DNA of 32,402 nucleotides, taken from assembly GCA_038131935.1 (NCBI GenBank), contig JAYPQH010000004.1, positions 1-32,402 of the forward strand. The letters run 5' to 3'. This document shows positions 12,314 to 21,686 of this stretch, piece by piece (position 1 is the stretch's first letter; every line of letters starts with the position of its first letter). The stretch comes from Alphaproteobacteria bacterium (GTDB lineage Bacteria > Pseudomonadota > Alphaproteobacteria > UBA8317). Under the pieces are notes generated by a model. That model was not told where the DNA came from, did not search any database, and saw nothing but the letters and a program-made list of their open reading frames with translations. A program made the position numbers and the translations under genes.

Positions 12314-13171
12314 ATGAGACCAGACAAAGTGACAGCGCTAGTATTTGGTAGGCGAGAGCGACAGCATCAGTCACTTAGAGCTTTGTGGGTTATGCTTGTA
12401 CTCGCTGCTACGATATTTGTTTCAGACGCCACCCGAATTATCAATTTACAGCAGTTGCGTTTGGTCATGGCCCAAAGCGTAGGCTGGTCTATAGGTATCA
12501 TTCAAGACCCTATTAATGCCGTTGTATCTGTTTATGACGAGATGCGGGAATTGGCTCAACTGAGAGCAGAAAATAGACGCCTCCAAGTTGAGCTTGCTGA
12601 AATGACGAAATGGCGAGGGCGTGCTGTCGAATTGGCAGAACAGAATGAGGCCTTGGCCGTTGTGGCACGGTTGGTTGCGTATACTGATAATGTTGTCATG
12701 ACAGTGCCTAAAGTCATGTCTTCTCCAGGGCCTTTTTCTCGCTCAGTGATGGCAAGGCTTAATGGTCATGGGCCATTGGCTGATGGTCTTGTTGCCAGAA
12801 CAAATGATGGTTTGGTTGGTAGGGTGGTTTCCTCTACAAAAAACGAGGCACGTATCCTTTTGGTGAATGATGTTTCCTCGCGCATTCCTGTGCGTTTTGG
12901 GGGCCAATATATGGGCATTGTATCCGGAACAAAGTGGGGTGGGCTTAAACTTTATGCCGTAGAGGGAGAAGCCAGTCCTGCAGTTGGTGACTTCCTTGTC
13001 ACGCATATGGTGCATGGCCAATTGCCAGCAAATATCCCGGTTGGTGTGGTAAAAGATGATCTAGGATCTGGTTCATGGTCTATCAAACCGTTAGCTGATT
13101 TGGATGATCCGAGATACGTTCAATTCATTTCACAAATAGACTTAGAGCCGGGGAACAGTAAGACCCCATGA
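12314..13171 (+). CDS. mreC: Rod shape-determining protein MreC
   Basis: N-terminal TM helix, coiled coil LRAENRRL, GLVGRV, SSRIPV, GDFLVT and IPVGVV; follows mreB. Confidence 0.88.
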   Translation: MRPDKVTALVFGRRERQHQSLRALWVMLVLAATIFVSDATRIINLQQLRLVMAQSVGWSIGIIQDPINAVVSVYDEMRELAQLRAENRRLQVELAEMTKWRGRAVELAEQNEALAVVARLVAYTDNVVMTVPKVMSSPGPFSRSVMARLNGHGPLADGLVARTNDGLVGRVVSSTKNEARILLVNDVSSRIPVRFGGQYMGIVSGTKWGGLKLYAVEGEASPAVGDFLVTHMVHGQLPANIPVGVVKDDLGSGSWSIKPLADLDDPRYVQFISQIDLEPGNSKTP

Positions 13172-13670
13172 CGCCCACAAGACAAGGACGGCAATTGCAG
13201 AATCTTGCGATCCTGTCGCTGTTTTTCTTCTCTTGGTTGTCGATGATTACATTGCCAGCATTGCCTTATGGCATCCCATTCATTTGGTGTGCGACATGTT
13301 ATTGGGCTTACCATCATGGTGGTGCATTGCTTATTATATTTTTGCTGTTTCTAGGCTTTTTTTTTGATGCAACACAAAATGTTGCTTTTGGCACATGGGG
13401 GATGATGTTAGCTCTTGCTTATTTTTTATCTTCCAGGCTGGCGATAGCATTGGTGGGGCGCCCCTTTTGGATATCTTGGGTTGCCATCATTCCTGCTTTG
13501 ATGGCTGGTGGAATGATTGGATGGCTACTAACTTTCTTGTCGCATTCTGCCGCGGTTTCAGCAGGCCCCATGATGGTTAATATGATCACAGCTTTTGCAT
13601 TATATCCTTAGTATCCGCGATCCTATCTTTTTAACGCGGCGTTTTTGTGTCTGGAGGTCATGAAGGGTGA
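13168..13670 (+). CDS. mreD: Rod shape-determining membrane protein MreD (ORF stops at 13611; probably extended by indels to TGA 13670)
   Basis: Polytopic hydrophobic protein with YW and LGFFFD motifs between mreC and mrdA. ATGA overlap with mreC; likely GTGA overlap with mrdA. Confidence 0.75.
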
Positions 13671-15502
13671 CATTAGGAATAGATCATTGGCGCAGTCAAA
13701 ACCGGCGCACCTTTTCTAGACGCAGTTTGCTTCTCTTTGGCGTGCAAACGGCTAGTATCATGGTGCTAAGTGGTTGGTACTATCGTCTTCAAGTGCTCCG
13801 TGGTCATCGGTATCGCTTGCTAGCTGATGAGAACCGTGTCGCTGTAAGGCTTACAGAACCTCCTCGTGGCAGTGTGCTTGACCGAAATGGGTCAATGATA
13901 GCCGCAAACCACACAAGTTACCAGGTTATGCTGGATCCACGTCTGTTAAAATTTCCCAAAGAGGCGTTGGAAAAAATTGGTTTGATCGTACCGATGACGG
14001 ATGAAGAAAAACAGCAATTGCTGCAAAAAATTCATCCCGACGCTCTACTTTCTAAGCCAATTTTGGTTCGTGATGGGGTAACATGGGAGCAATTTGCAGC
14101 GCTTGAATTGCAACGCAACAACATTGAAGGATTGATCACGATGGTTGGTGATCATCGTGTTTACCCCTATGGCCCGCTTTTTGCCCACCTGACGGGCTAT
14201 GTTGGCCGGGTAAGTAAAAAAGATCTTGCCCGTGATGATGACCCAACCTTGTCAATCGCCACCGCTAAAATTGGAAAGACGGGCATAGAGGCCGGTTTTG
14301 ACAAACGATTGCGTGGGGCACATGGCTTGCGAGAAATCGAGGTTGATGCGCTAGGTAAAGAGATCAGGGCCCTTGCTAATCGAGAAGCAAAGCCTGGTGA
14401 CACAATTACCATGACACTCGACATCCAAACCCAAAGAAAGGCTATGACGTTGTTGGGGCAAGAGGCGGGCTCAATTTGTGTCATCGACTGTCGTAATGGC
14501 GATATCCTTGCATTGGCATCCACGCCATCGTTTGATCCAAATGCTTTTGTGGGTGGCATTGATCAAGATACATGGAATGCACTTCGCGATCATGAGCAAA
14601 CACCTCTTTTAAATAAATCTGTGCGAGGGTTATTTTCTCCAGGGTCAACCTTCAAAGGTATTGTATTGGCCGCAGCACTCGCTGAAGGGTTAATTGATGA
14701 GCGTACCCAAATATATTGTCCCGGTTTTTATGAATTTGCTGGAAATAGGTTTCATTGCTGGAAAAAGTATGGCCATGGAAAAGTTGGTTCAGTTGCCGCG
14801 ATGGCAGAGAGCTGTGATGTCTATTTTTATGAACTTGGGGAAAAACTTGGCGTGGATCGTCTTGCGCGCTATGCGCGTCGTTTTGGGTTGGGGATATCGT
14901 TTGACATTGGTATTCCAGAAATCACGTCAGGACTTGTACCCACACCCAGTTGGAAACTTCGCGTTCATGGCGAGCGCTGGTATCCAGGTGAAACCATCAA
15001 CATGTCGATAGGACAAGGTAAGTTATTAACAACGCCATTACAGATGGCGGTGATGACTGCGCGACTGGCAACCGGAAAGCCACTTCTGCCGAGAATTACA
15101 CAAGACCAACCTTCTTGGGATAATAATGTTACCCTCCCTCAGGATCATCTGTCCACATGCGTGCGTGGAATGAATGCCGTGGTCAATAGCCCTAGAGGTA
15201 CAGCAAAATCGTCATTTATAGATCCCAGTCTGGGCCAAATGGCAGGAAAAACAGGGACTGTCCAAGTGCGACGTATCACAGAGGCCGAGAGACGAACAGG
15301 GGTACGAGAGAATAAGGAATTACCTTGGAAATTACGCGACCATGCCATGTTTGTTGGTTTTGATATACACCCCTCTGGCACCCGTTATGCGATGAGTGTT
15401 GTTGTCGAACATGGAGGCTCAGGGTCAAAAAATGCAGCACCGTTAGCCAAAGAGCTCATGGAATTTATTTTGCGCAATGAGAACAAGGATGTGCGCTCAT
15501 GA
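13667..15502 (+). CDS. mrdA: Penicillin-binding protein 2
   Basis: PPRGSVLDRNG, RVYPYG, GKTGIE, SxxK (STFK), SxD (SCD) and KTGT. Confidence 0.95.
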   Translation: MTLGIDHWRSQNRRTFSRRSLLLFGVQTASIMVLSGWYYRLQVLRGHRYRLLADENRVAVRLTEPPRGSVLDRNGSMIAANHTSYQVMLDPRLLKFPKEALEKIGLIVPMTDEEKQQLLQKIHPDALLSKPILVRDGVTWEQFAALELQRNNIEGLITMVGDHRVYPYGPLFAHLTGYVGRVSKKDLARDDDPTLSIATAKIGKTGIEAGFDKRLRGAHGLREIEVDALGKEIRALANREAKPGDTITMTLDIQTQRKAMTLLGQEAGSICVIDCRNGDILALASTPSFDPNAFVGGIDQDTWNALRDHEQTPLLNKSVRGLFSPGSTFKGIVLAAALAEGLIDERTQIYCPGFYEFAGNRFHCWKKYGHGKVGSVAAMAESCDVYFYELGEKLGVDRLARYARRFGLGISFDIGIPEITSGLVPTPSWKLRVHGERWYPGETINMSIGQGKLLTTPLQMAVMTARLATGKPLLPRITQDQPSWDNNVTLPQDHLSTCVRGMNAVVNSPRGTAKSSFIDPSLGQMAGKTGTVQVRRITEAERRTGVRENKELPWKLRDHAMFVGFDIHPSGTRYAMSVVVEHGGSGSKNAAPLAKELMEFILRNENKDVRS

Positions 15503-16603
15503 ATGCATGGCTGGGTAGGGTAGGACCTCTCTTCATTATACTTATAGCGCTGGCAGGATTGGGCCTGTTAACACTAACTTCTGTTGCAGGTGGTGAGTGG
15601 GCACCTTATGCCCAAAGTCACATGTACAAAGCATTGTTGGCGTTTTTGGTGTTTTTTATATGCGCTGCTTTGCCTGCTGAGCTGTGGCAGCAAACAGGCT
15701 ATCTGCTTCATTTTTTTGCTATTTTGCTTCTTCTTGTTGTGGAAGTCATTGGTGAAACAACAAAAGGTGCCGCACGTTGGTTGGATCTAGGTTTTCGCTT
15801 ACAACCATCGGAGATGGTAAAAATCACAATTCTTTTTGGCGCTCGCTCAACTGTTTTCTCGATTGCCTCAAGGGGAAATGATGTCCAAACAGGTTATTGC
15901 TCTTATTTTGGCCATTGTTTTGATACCCATGGTGTTGATTTTAAAACAACCAGATCTTGGCACCGCGTTGTTGGTATTGTTCGCGGCACTGGTAGCTTTG
16001 TTTGTTGCTGGTGTTGATTGGCGATTGTTTGCAGCAGGTGGGGTATTGGTTGTCCTATCTTTGCCAATAGGCTGGATGTTTCTTCAACCTTATCAACGCA
16101 GTAGGGTCTTAACATTTTTGGATCCTGAGCGTGATCCCCTGGGTGCAGGCTATCACATTTTGCAATCTCAAACGGCTATTGGATCTGGTGAATTTTGGGG
16201 GCGTGGTTGGCTTGGAGGGACACAATCACAGCTAAATTTTTTGCCTGAAAAGCATACCGATTTTATTTTGAGTGTTTTTGCAGAAGAATTTGGTTTGTTT
16301 GGGGTTCTTCTTGTATTCTTTCTGATATTCTTACTCATTGCCTATTGTTTTCTCATGGCTCATTTGAGTCGGCAGGTTTTCACACAGATTATGTGTGTGG
16401 GAATGGGTTCAGTCATGTTCTCTTATATCTTTGTAAATGCAGGCATGGTCTCAGGGTTATTGCCAGTGGTGGGCGTGCCAATTCCTTTTATGTCATTTGG
16501 CGGTACAGCTATGTTAACAATATCTGTTGGCTTTGGTTGTATGATTAGTTGTCATGTAGGGGAGGTTTGGGCAGAGCCTCGTGGTGGCAATTTTCAATCT
16601 TGA
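15499..16603 (+). CDS. rodA: Peptidoglycan glycosyltransferase RodA (SEDS family), one frameshift at the poly-T near 15833
   Basis: GAARWL and LQPSEMVK in ORF 15499-16017; QPDLGT, GAGYHILQS..AIGSG, FLPEKHTDF and GVPIPFMSFGG in ORF 15836-16603. Confidence 0.94.
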
Positions 16604-16624
16604 AAGACCGTGTTTTGACAAAGG

Positions 16625-17602
16625 TTATCCTGTCCAGTCTGCAAACCAGAGAAATAAAGGTAAGCCAAGGGTGATGTTGAATGGAAATGTAACGCCCAAG
16701 GAAAGCGTGAGATAGACACCTGTTTCTGCTTTTGGAAGGGCAAGTTTCATAGCAGCTGGAACAGCGATATAGGACGCAGATGCAGAGAGAACCATGAGCA
16801 AAAATAGGCTTCCAGTCTGTAAGCCAACGACTTGGCCAACCAACCATGCAAGTGTCGCCCCAACAACAGGCATGGTCATGCCAAAAATAAAAATGCCAGG
16901 TCGTAGCAAATGCCTGCTCTCCAACACACTGCGTCCTGCAGAGAGCCCCATGTCTAGTAGAAAAAGACATAATATCCCCGTAAATGGAGTCACAACAAAC
17001 GGAGCAATCATGTCCATACCACGTTCTTGGGTCATGGCGCCTATAAAAAATGCGCCGGTAAGCAAAAGGATTGAACCGTTAGCAAGAAGGTCACGGATGG
17101 GTACCTTCACCATTTGTTTGTTGGTATTTTGTCCAAAGTGACGCGCAATCCACAAAGCCGATAGGATTGCAGGGACTTCCATAGCTGCAGCAACAGCAAC
17201 CATATATCCATCAAAGGAAATATTCATAAGCTCCAAAAGGCTCGAAGCAGTTACAAAAGTAACGATTGAAATAGAGCCGTAATGCCCTGCAACAGCAGCT
17301 GCATTTAAGGGATCAAGTGACGTTATCAATCTCAAAAGAGCAAAAGCTACGAACGGCAAGGCGAAGGACAAAATAATTCCAGATGCCAAACTCAAATAGA
17401 CATCACTATTGAAACCATATTGGCCCAAGTTATGCCCACCTTTGAAGCCGATTGCCAACAAAAGATATAGGGACATAAATTTTGCAGCTCCTTCCGGAAT
17501 CGAGAGGTCGCTGCGAATGAACGCTGCCAACAAGCCTAGTATAAAAAATAAAATAGTTGGGACAAGCAAATTGCCCATTAAGGTATCTAACATATCTGGC
17601 AT
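16625..17602 (-). CDS. sbtA: Sodium-dependent bicarbonate transporter, SbtA family
   Basis: About 10 TM helices with SDLSIP, YLLLAIGFKGG, AGHYGSISIVTF, FLLDMG, SASYIAVPAA and LGVTFPFNI; AGGAG RBS. Confidence 0.9.
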   Translation of the reverse strand: MPDMLDTLMGNLLVPTILFFILGLLAAFIRSDLSIPEGAAKFMSLYLLLAIGFKGGHNLGQYGFNSDVYLSLASGIILSFALPFVAFALLRLITSLDPLNAAAVAGHYGSISIVTFVTASSLLELMNISFDGYMVAVAAAMEVPAILSALWIARHFGQNTNKQMVKVPIRDLLANGSILLLTGAFFIGAMTQERGMDMIAPFVVTPFTGILCLFLLDMGLSAGRSVLESRHLLRPGIFIFGMTMPVVGATLAWLVGQVVGLQTGSLFLLMVLSASASYIAVPAAMKLALPKAETGVYLTLSLGVTFPFNITLGLPLFLWFADWTG

Positions 17603-17649
17603 GACCGCAGTTCTCCTTTGATGACAATCGTGTCTTGCCCGAATATTTT

Positions 17650-17697
17650 CTATAGTTTAAATATAAAAATATTATAACTTATATAGTTAAAAGCTAT
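17650..17697. promoter_or_regulatory. OxyR-type LysR operator in the sbtA/lysR divergent spacer
   Basis: CTAT-N7-ATAT-N7-TTAT-N7-ATAG-N7-CTAT at 17650, 17661, 17672, 17683 and 17694 (11-bp period). The last four boxes match ATAG-N7-CTAT-N7-ATAG-N7-CTAT at 14 of 16 positions. Confidence 0.65.
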
Positions 17698-18622
17698 GAA
17701 TATGCGGCCAACCTTGAGGCAAATGGAATATGTGGTTACCGTCCAGCAAACTAGCTTTGGGATGGCTGCTCTGAGGTTGCGTGTAAGCCAGCCAAGTCTA
17801 TCAAACCAAATAGCAGCTGTTGAAGATGAACTTGGAATACAACTGTTTGAGCGTGGTCGTCATGGGGTTAGGATCACACCTAAAGGTCGAGAATTTGTGG
17901 ACCGCGCAAGGCGTATATTGGCAGAAGTACAAAATTTACGATCTGCGATGGCCAGAACGTTACCATTTGATGGCCTTTTGCGGTTAGGTGTTCTGCCATC
18001 AATTGGACCTTATTTGCTTCCCCAAATGGTTCAGACATTACACATGGAACAGCCGGAATTGCGTGTCATTGTGCGTGAAGAGAATACCTTAAACCTCGAC
18101 GAGGGTATGCGGTCAGGACGATTTGATGCCATTATCTCTACCCCCGAAGATCATCCCGATACCAGACAGTTTATTCTCTTTCGTGAACGTCTTTGGGCTG
18201 TTTTATCCCACGATCATCCGCTCTCCCAGCATGCTCAGATTGAAGCCGATGATCTTTCTAGCCAGAGGCTTTTAACATTGGACAGTGGCCATCGTTTGGC
18301 TCGGATTGTGTATGCATTAGCCAGTCAAAACGGTGGTATTGTGTCCACTGATTATGAAGGAACGAGCCTCGATTCAATTTTGCTGATGGCAGCGACGGGG
18401 GCAGGTGTTGGTATTATTCCAGAACTTTTTGCCAAGCAGCAGGCAATATATCGCAATGAGGTTATTGTTTTGCCTCTTATGGTGCCAGATGCTGACCGCT
18501 CTATCGGTTTGCTATACCCAGGTCATATTACCATTGATGAGGGCCACCTGTCGCTCGTCCAGCGGTTGCAAAAAGCTGCATTGTCATATGGCATGACAGC
18601 CTATGGCTCTGAGGGTGAATAA
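17696..18622 (+). CDS. LysR-family regulator, OxyR-like but with no cysteine
   Basis: HTH TLRQMEY..SFG.AA...VSQPSLS.QI..EDELG..LFER. The effector domain is OxyR-like (LRLGVLPSIGPYLLP, LLTLDSGHRL, GTSLDSI, RSIGL). Confidence 0.88.
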   Translation: MNMRPTLRQMEYVVTVQQTSFGMAALRLRVSQPSLSNQIAAVEDELGIQLFERGRHGVRITPKGREFVDRARRILAEVQNLRSAMARTLPFDGLLRLGVLPSIGPYLLPQMVQTLHMEQPELRVIVREENTLNLDEGMRSGRFDAIISTPEDHPDTRQFILFRERLWAVLSHDHPLSQHAQIEADDLSSQRLLTLDSGHRLARIVYALASQNGGIVSTDYEGTSLDSILLMAATGAGVGIIPELFAKQQAIYRNEVIVLPLMVPDADRSIGLLYPGHITIDEGHLSLVQRLQKAALSYGMTAYGSEGE

Positions 18623-18670
18623 AAAAGTTGGCTTTTAAATGTTTCTGTTTGTCGATCAACATTAACGTTC

Positions 18671-18890
18671 TTAAGAGTTTCGCCTGGCATCAACAGATGT
18701 GAAGCCTTTTTCTGTTTTGATCTGTAATAGTTGATAGCCTTCTCCTAATAATGTGTGCTGGAGATCTATCTCTGCAAGTGCTGCATCTGCGTGCACACGT
18801 ATATGAGTTGGTTGATTTTCTCGAAGGTTTTTTCGCAACATCATGGACATCAAGGGGCATTTTAAGCCAGTCAGGTCTATAATTGTCCAT
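18671..18890 (-). CDS. TusA/SirA-like small sulfur-carrier-fold protein (start uncertain; probable +1 indel just after ATG 18890)
   Basis: IIDLTGLKCPL..MLRKNL...IRVHAD...DL...GY matches the TusA pattern (D.RGL.CP.P). The longer ORF to 19069 is antisense to the MFS gene and unlikely to be real. Confidence 0.65.
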
Positions 18891-18899
18891 GGAGCATTA

Positions 18900-20047
18900 A
18901 TGTCCCACCCATCTTCTGTTTCTGCCACAACCTTGATCCTTATGTATGTGGTAATATTTTCAGAGCTAGGCATATCTATGCCCTTTTGGCCTGTTTGGTT
19001 GCAAGAGATTGGCTTAACCGGTGTTGCATTTGGGGTTGTCACAGCAATACCTATGCTGTTTCGGGTCATTTTTGGACCATGGTTGGGGGTCTTTTTGGCC
19101 CGACGCCAAGTTGTGGGCTATTTTGTTGCATCATGTGCTTTTTGCGCCGCTATATTGATGCTTTGCAACGCTTTTTTTCAGGAAGTCTATTGGGCGATAC
19201 TAGCCACCTTTTTCATGTCATTTGCGGCTCTGTTGGCTTTACCTGTAACAGAAGGTGAGGCTGTTTCTTTTTGTCGTCAAAGAAACCTTCCTTATGGTTA
19301 TTTGCGCAGTCTCGCGTCGTTTGTTTTCTTAGTTGCTAATGTTGGAATAGGCGTTCTTATTGATGGGATGATGCCGGGCATTTTGCCCATCCTTCTGTCT
19401 GTTCCGCTTTTCGGTATGGCAATCTTGTTCATACGTTCAGGAGGAAGCCAAGGGTTTAGAACCCAGCTACAGCCATTAGGCTGGTCAGCGTTGCTTGCAC
19501 CGCACCAGAGAGTTTTGCGCATTGTTTTGATAGCCGCCGCACTCATTCAATCATCACATGCGGCCTATTATGTTGTTGGAAGCATTATATGGACACAACA
19601 GGGTTATAGCCCAACAGCTATTGGAATATTTTGGGCTTTAGGTGTCATGGCAGAAATTTTATTGTTTATGTTTTGGCGTCGTGGTCAGGGGGTGCTCAAT
19701 TGGCGACTGATGCTGATGGTTGCTGCTGCATTAAGTATGTTACGTTGGCTGTCCATGGCGCTGACCGCTGAGCTAATCTGGGTCATTTTGGGTCAAATAT
19801 TGCATGCAGCAAGTTTTGCGCTCACGCATCTTGCTTGGACAGCCATGCTCCGCGATGATGTTGAGGATAATGTACAATTGGTGGCTCAAACAAGTATGGG
19901 GGCTTTATCAGGTGGTCTTTTTATGGCCATAGGCGCTATCTTATCTGGCGCGGTTGAGCCCTTCCTGGGGCTGGTGTCTATTTCTTGATGATTTGTCCTT
20001 GTCTGACGGCCTTGTTGATGGCCAGCCAAATAAGAAAGGGTGCTTAA
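18900..20047 (+). CDS. MFS transporter (HcaT/MFS_1-like), frameshift near 19970
   Basis: GGAG RBS at 18891 and ATG at 18900. Motifs PFWPVWL, YGYLRSLAS, IQSSHAAYY, GVMAEI, RW and QILHAASF. The last helix GVYFLMICPCLTALLMA is in a shifted frame ending at TAA 20047. Confidence 0.85.
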
Positions 20048-20056
20048 GCACCCTTT
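20035..20056. terminator. Bidirectional terminator between the convergent MFS and cytochrome c genes
   Basis: Perfect 22-bp palindrome AAAGGGTGCTTAAGCACCCTTT. Confidence 0.65.
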
Positions 20057-20086
20057 TAACCACATAACACATATTAAGTTTATAGT

Positions 20087-20533
20087 TTACTTACACTTAA
20101 CATCATTCTGCTTGAAAAAATCACCACTAAGCGAGGTTTTCATGGCTTCTGGCGCACCTGCCTCTTCCTTAAGATATGCCAGAACATTTGCAATGTCGTC
20201 ACATTTTTTTAATCCGGCAAATCCCATTTTCGTACCCTTGATGTAAGCCTTTGGCTTGTGAAGGTAACCAGAAACGGAAGCATCATCCCATACTAAGCCT
20301 TCTTCATTTTTCTTGCTCATGGCTTTTGAGTATTTGTAACCGTCAACACTACCTGCGGTTCTGCCAAAAAGATTCCATAGATTTGGGCCAACTTTGTTTT
20401 TGCCGCCCTCTTCCAAGGTATGACATGCAGCGCATTTCTTAAAAATTTTACTGCCCTTTTTAACATCTCCAGCTTGCGCCAAAGAAAATCCTGCAAGCGC
20501 CATACAAATAGCTATTGTGAATTTTGAAACCAT
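20087..20533 (-). CDS. Class I cytochrome c (c2/c550-like), secreted
   Basis: AAGGGGAG RBS, signal peptide [21 protein letters not shown], heme motif CAACH, NKVGPNL and axial Met in GTKMGF. Confidence 0.93.
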   Translation of the reverse strand: MVSKFTIAICMALAGFSLAQAGDVKKGSKIFKKCAACHTLEEGGKNKVGPNLWNLFGRTAGSVDGYKYSKAMSKKNEEGLVWDDASVSGYLHKPKAYIKGTKMGFAGLKKCDDIANVLAYLKEEAGAPEAMKTSLSGDFFKQNDVKCK

Positions 20534-20689
20534 GCTCTCCCCCTTATGTTTTATATTCACATAATCTCTGTGTATAAATATACGGCTGTTCTCATGCAAA
20601 CAAAAAATATATGAGACATTCTGCGCCTTGCATGGATATTTTTTGCACCATGTTTTATCGATAGAATTCAATTTATTGAGGAGATCATC

Positions 20690-21010
20690 ATGCCATCAGT
20701 CAAATTTATTAGCCATGAGGGGCAGGAAACAACAATTGAAGCAGCTGAGGGGCTGTCGGTCATGGAGGTAGCAGTTCGTAATAGGGTTTCTGGTATTGAA
20801 GGGGATTGTGGTGGAGCATGTGCATGCTCAACTTGTCATGTATATGTTGATGAAATGTGGCGTGAGAAAGTTGGCCAAGCTTCAGAAATGGAAGAAGATA
20901 TGCTGGATTTTGCCTTTGACGTACGCGAAGGTTCACGTCTTTCCTGTCAAATTAAGGTGAATAATGACCTTGATGGGGTCATTATTCACCTTCCAAGTCG
21001 GCAGATATAG
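20690..21010 (+). CDS. [2Fe-2S] ferredoxin (adrenodoxin/putidaredoxin type)
   Basis: [19 protein letters not shown] and SRLSCQI; GAGGAG RBS. Confidence 0.94.
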   Translation: MPSVKFISHEGQETTIEAAEGLSVMEVAVRNRVSGIEGDCGGACACSTCHVYVDEMWREKVGQASEMEEDMLDFAFDVREGSRLSCQIKVNNDLDGVIIHLPSRQI

Positions 21011-21011
21011 G

Positions 21012-21626
21012 TTATGCAGGCCGCGTTTCTATAACATGTTGATGCTCTGACATCTGCACATAGATGTTGTTTAGTTTTGGGATACTGACTTGCGCCAAAT
21101 GTGTGGGTCTCGTAATTTTTAAGAAATCCAATACAACAACGGTAGCGTAGTCCATAATGTTGGGTTGGTTGCCGCCAAATAACCCTTCTTCAGGGGCACC
21201 AGCCTCTAAGTCGCTCAGGCATGCACACCAGTCTCTGTCTAATTTTTCGAGTTGTTCATTCCAGCGAAATTCCTCTGGACGCCGGCTTGACTCGTAAAAA
21301 GCAGCAACAGCTCTATCCATAATGCCTTTGGCACGGCCGTATAGCGCTAAGAGTTGGGCGTCATTCCCATGACTATCAGCAAATAGGCTTGGGCCATTAT
21401 GAATAGATTCGATGTACTTAAGAATTACTTCTGACTCCACAATAGATGTGCCATTATCGAGCACCAAAACGGGGACCCGCACAAGACTATTGTGACTTTC
21501 AATTTCCTGACGATGTTCGTCATTAACGATAGCGAGTTGACGTTGCTCGTGCGCGATACCGTAATGCCGAAGGCAAAGAGCTACTATTCTTGTGTATGGA
21601 GAAAGAAATCTTCCTAATAATTTCAT
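21012..21626 (-). CDS. Glutathione S-transferase family protein
   Basis: LSPYTR N-terminal motif, cis-Pro VPVL, ESEVILKYI and N-capping NIMD. Confidence 0.88.
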   Translation of the reverse strand: MKLLGRFLSPYTRIVALCLRHYGIAHEQRQLAIVNDEHRQEIESHNSLVRVPVLVLDNGTSIVESEVILKYIESIHNGPSLFADSHGNDAQLLALYGRAKGIMDRAVAAFYESSRRPEEFRWNEQLEKLDRDWCACLSDLEAGAPEEGLFGGNQPNIMDYATVVVLDFLKITRPTHLAQVSIPKLNNIYVQMSEHQHVIETRPA

Positions 21627-21686
21627 ATTTGTATCCTTTATATTTTTCTATAAGATAACGTTGTTGTCGTAATATGGAGGCATTCG

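Noticed and set aside
17696-18622. Calling the LysR gene oxyR
   Set aside because: It has no cysteine, so it cannot use the OxyR thiol switch.
18891-19069. Long N-terminus of the 132-aa minus-strand ORF
   Set aside because: It is antisense to the MFS coding region; only the TusA-like portion looks real.
20534-20689. CATGG...CCATG and TGCA dyads in the cytochrome c/ferredoxin spacer, and the N-terminal ORF extension to 20671
   Set aside because: The dyads are short and match no motif I can name with confidence. The RBS and signal peptide fix the cytochrome start at 20533.
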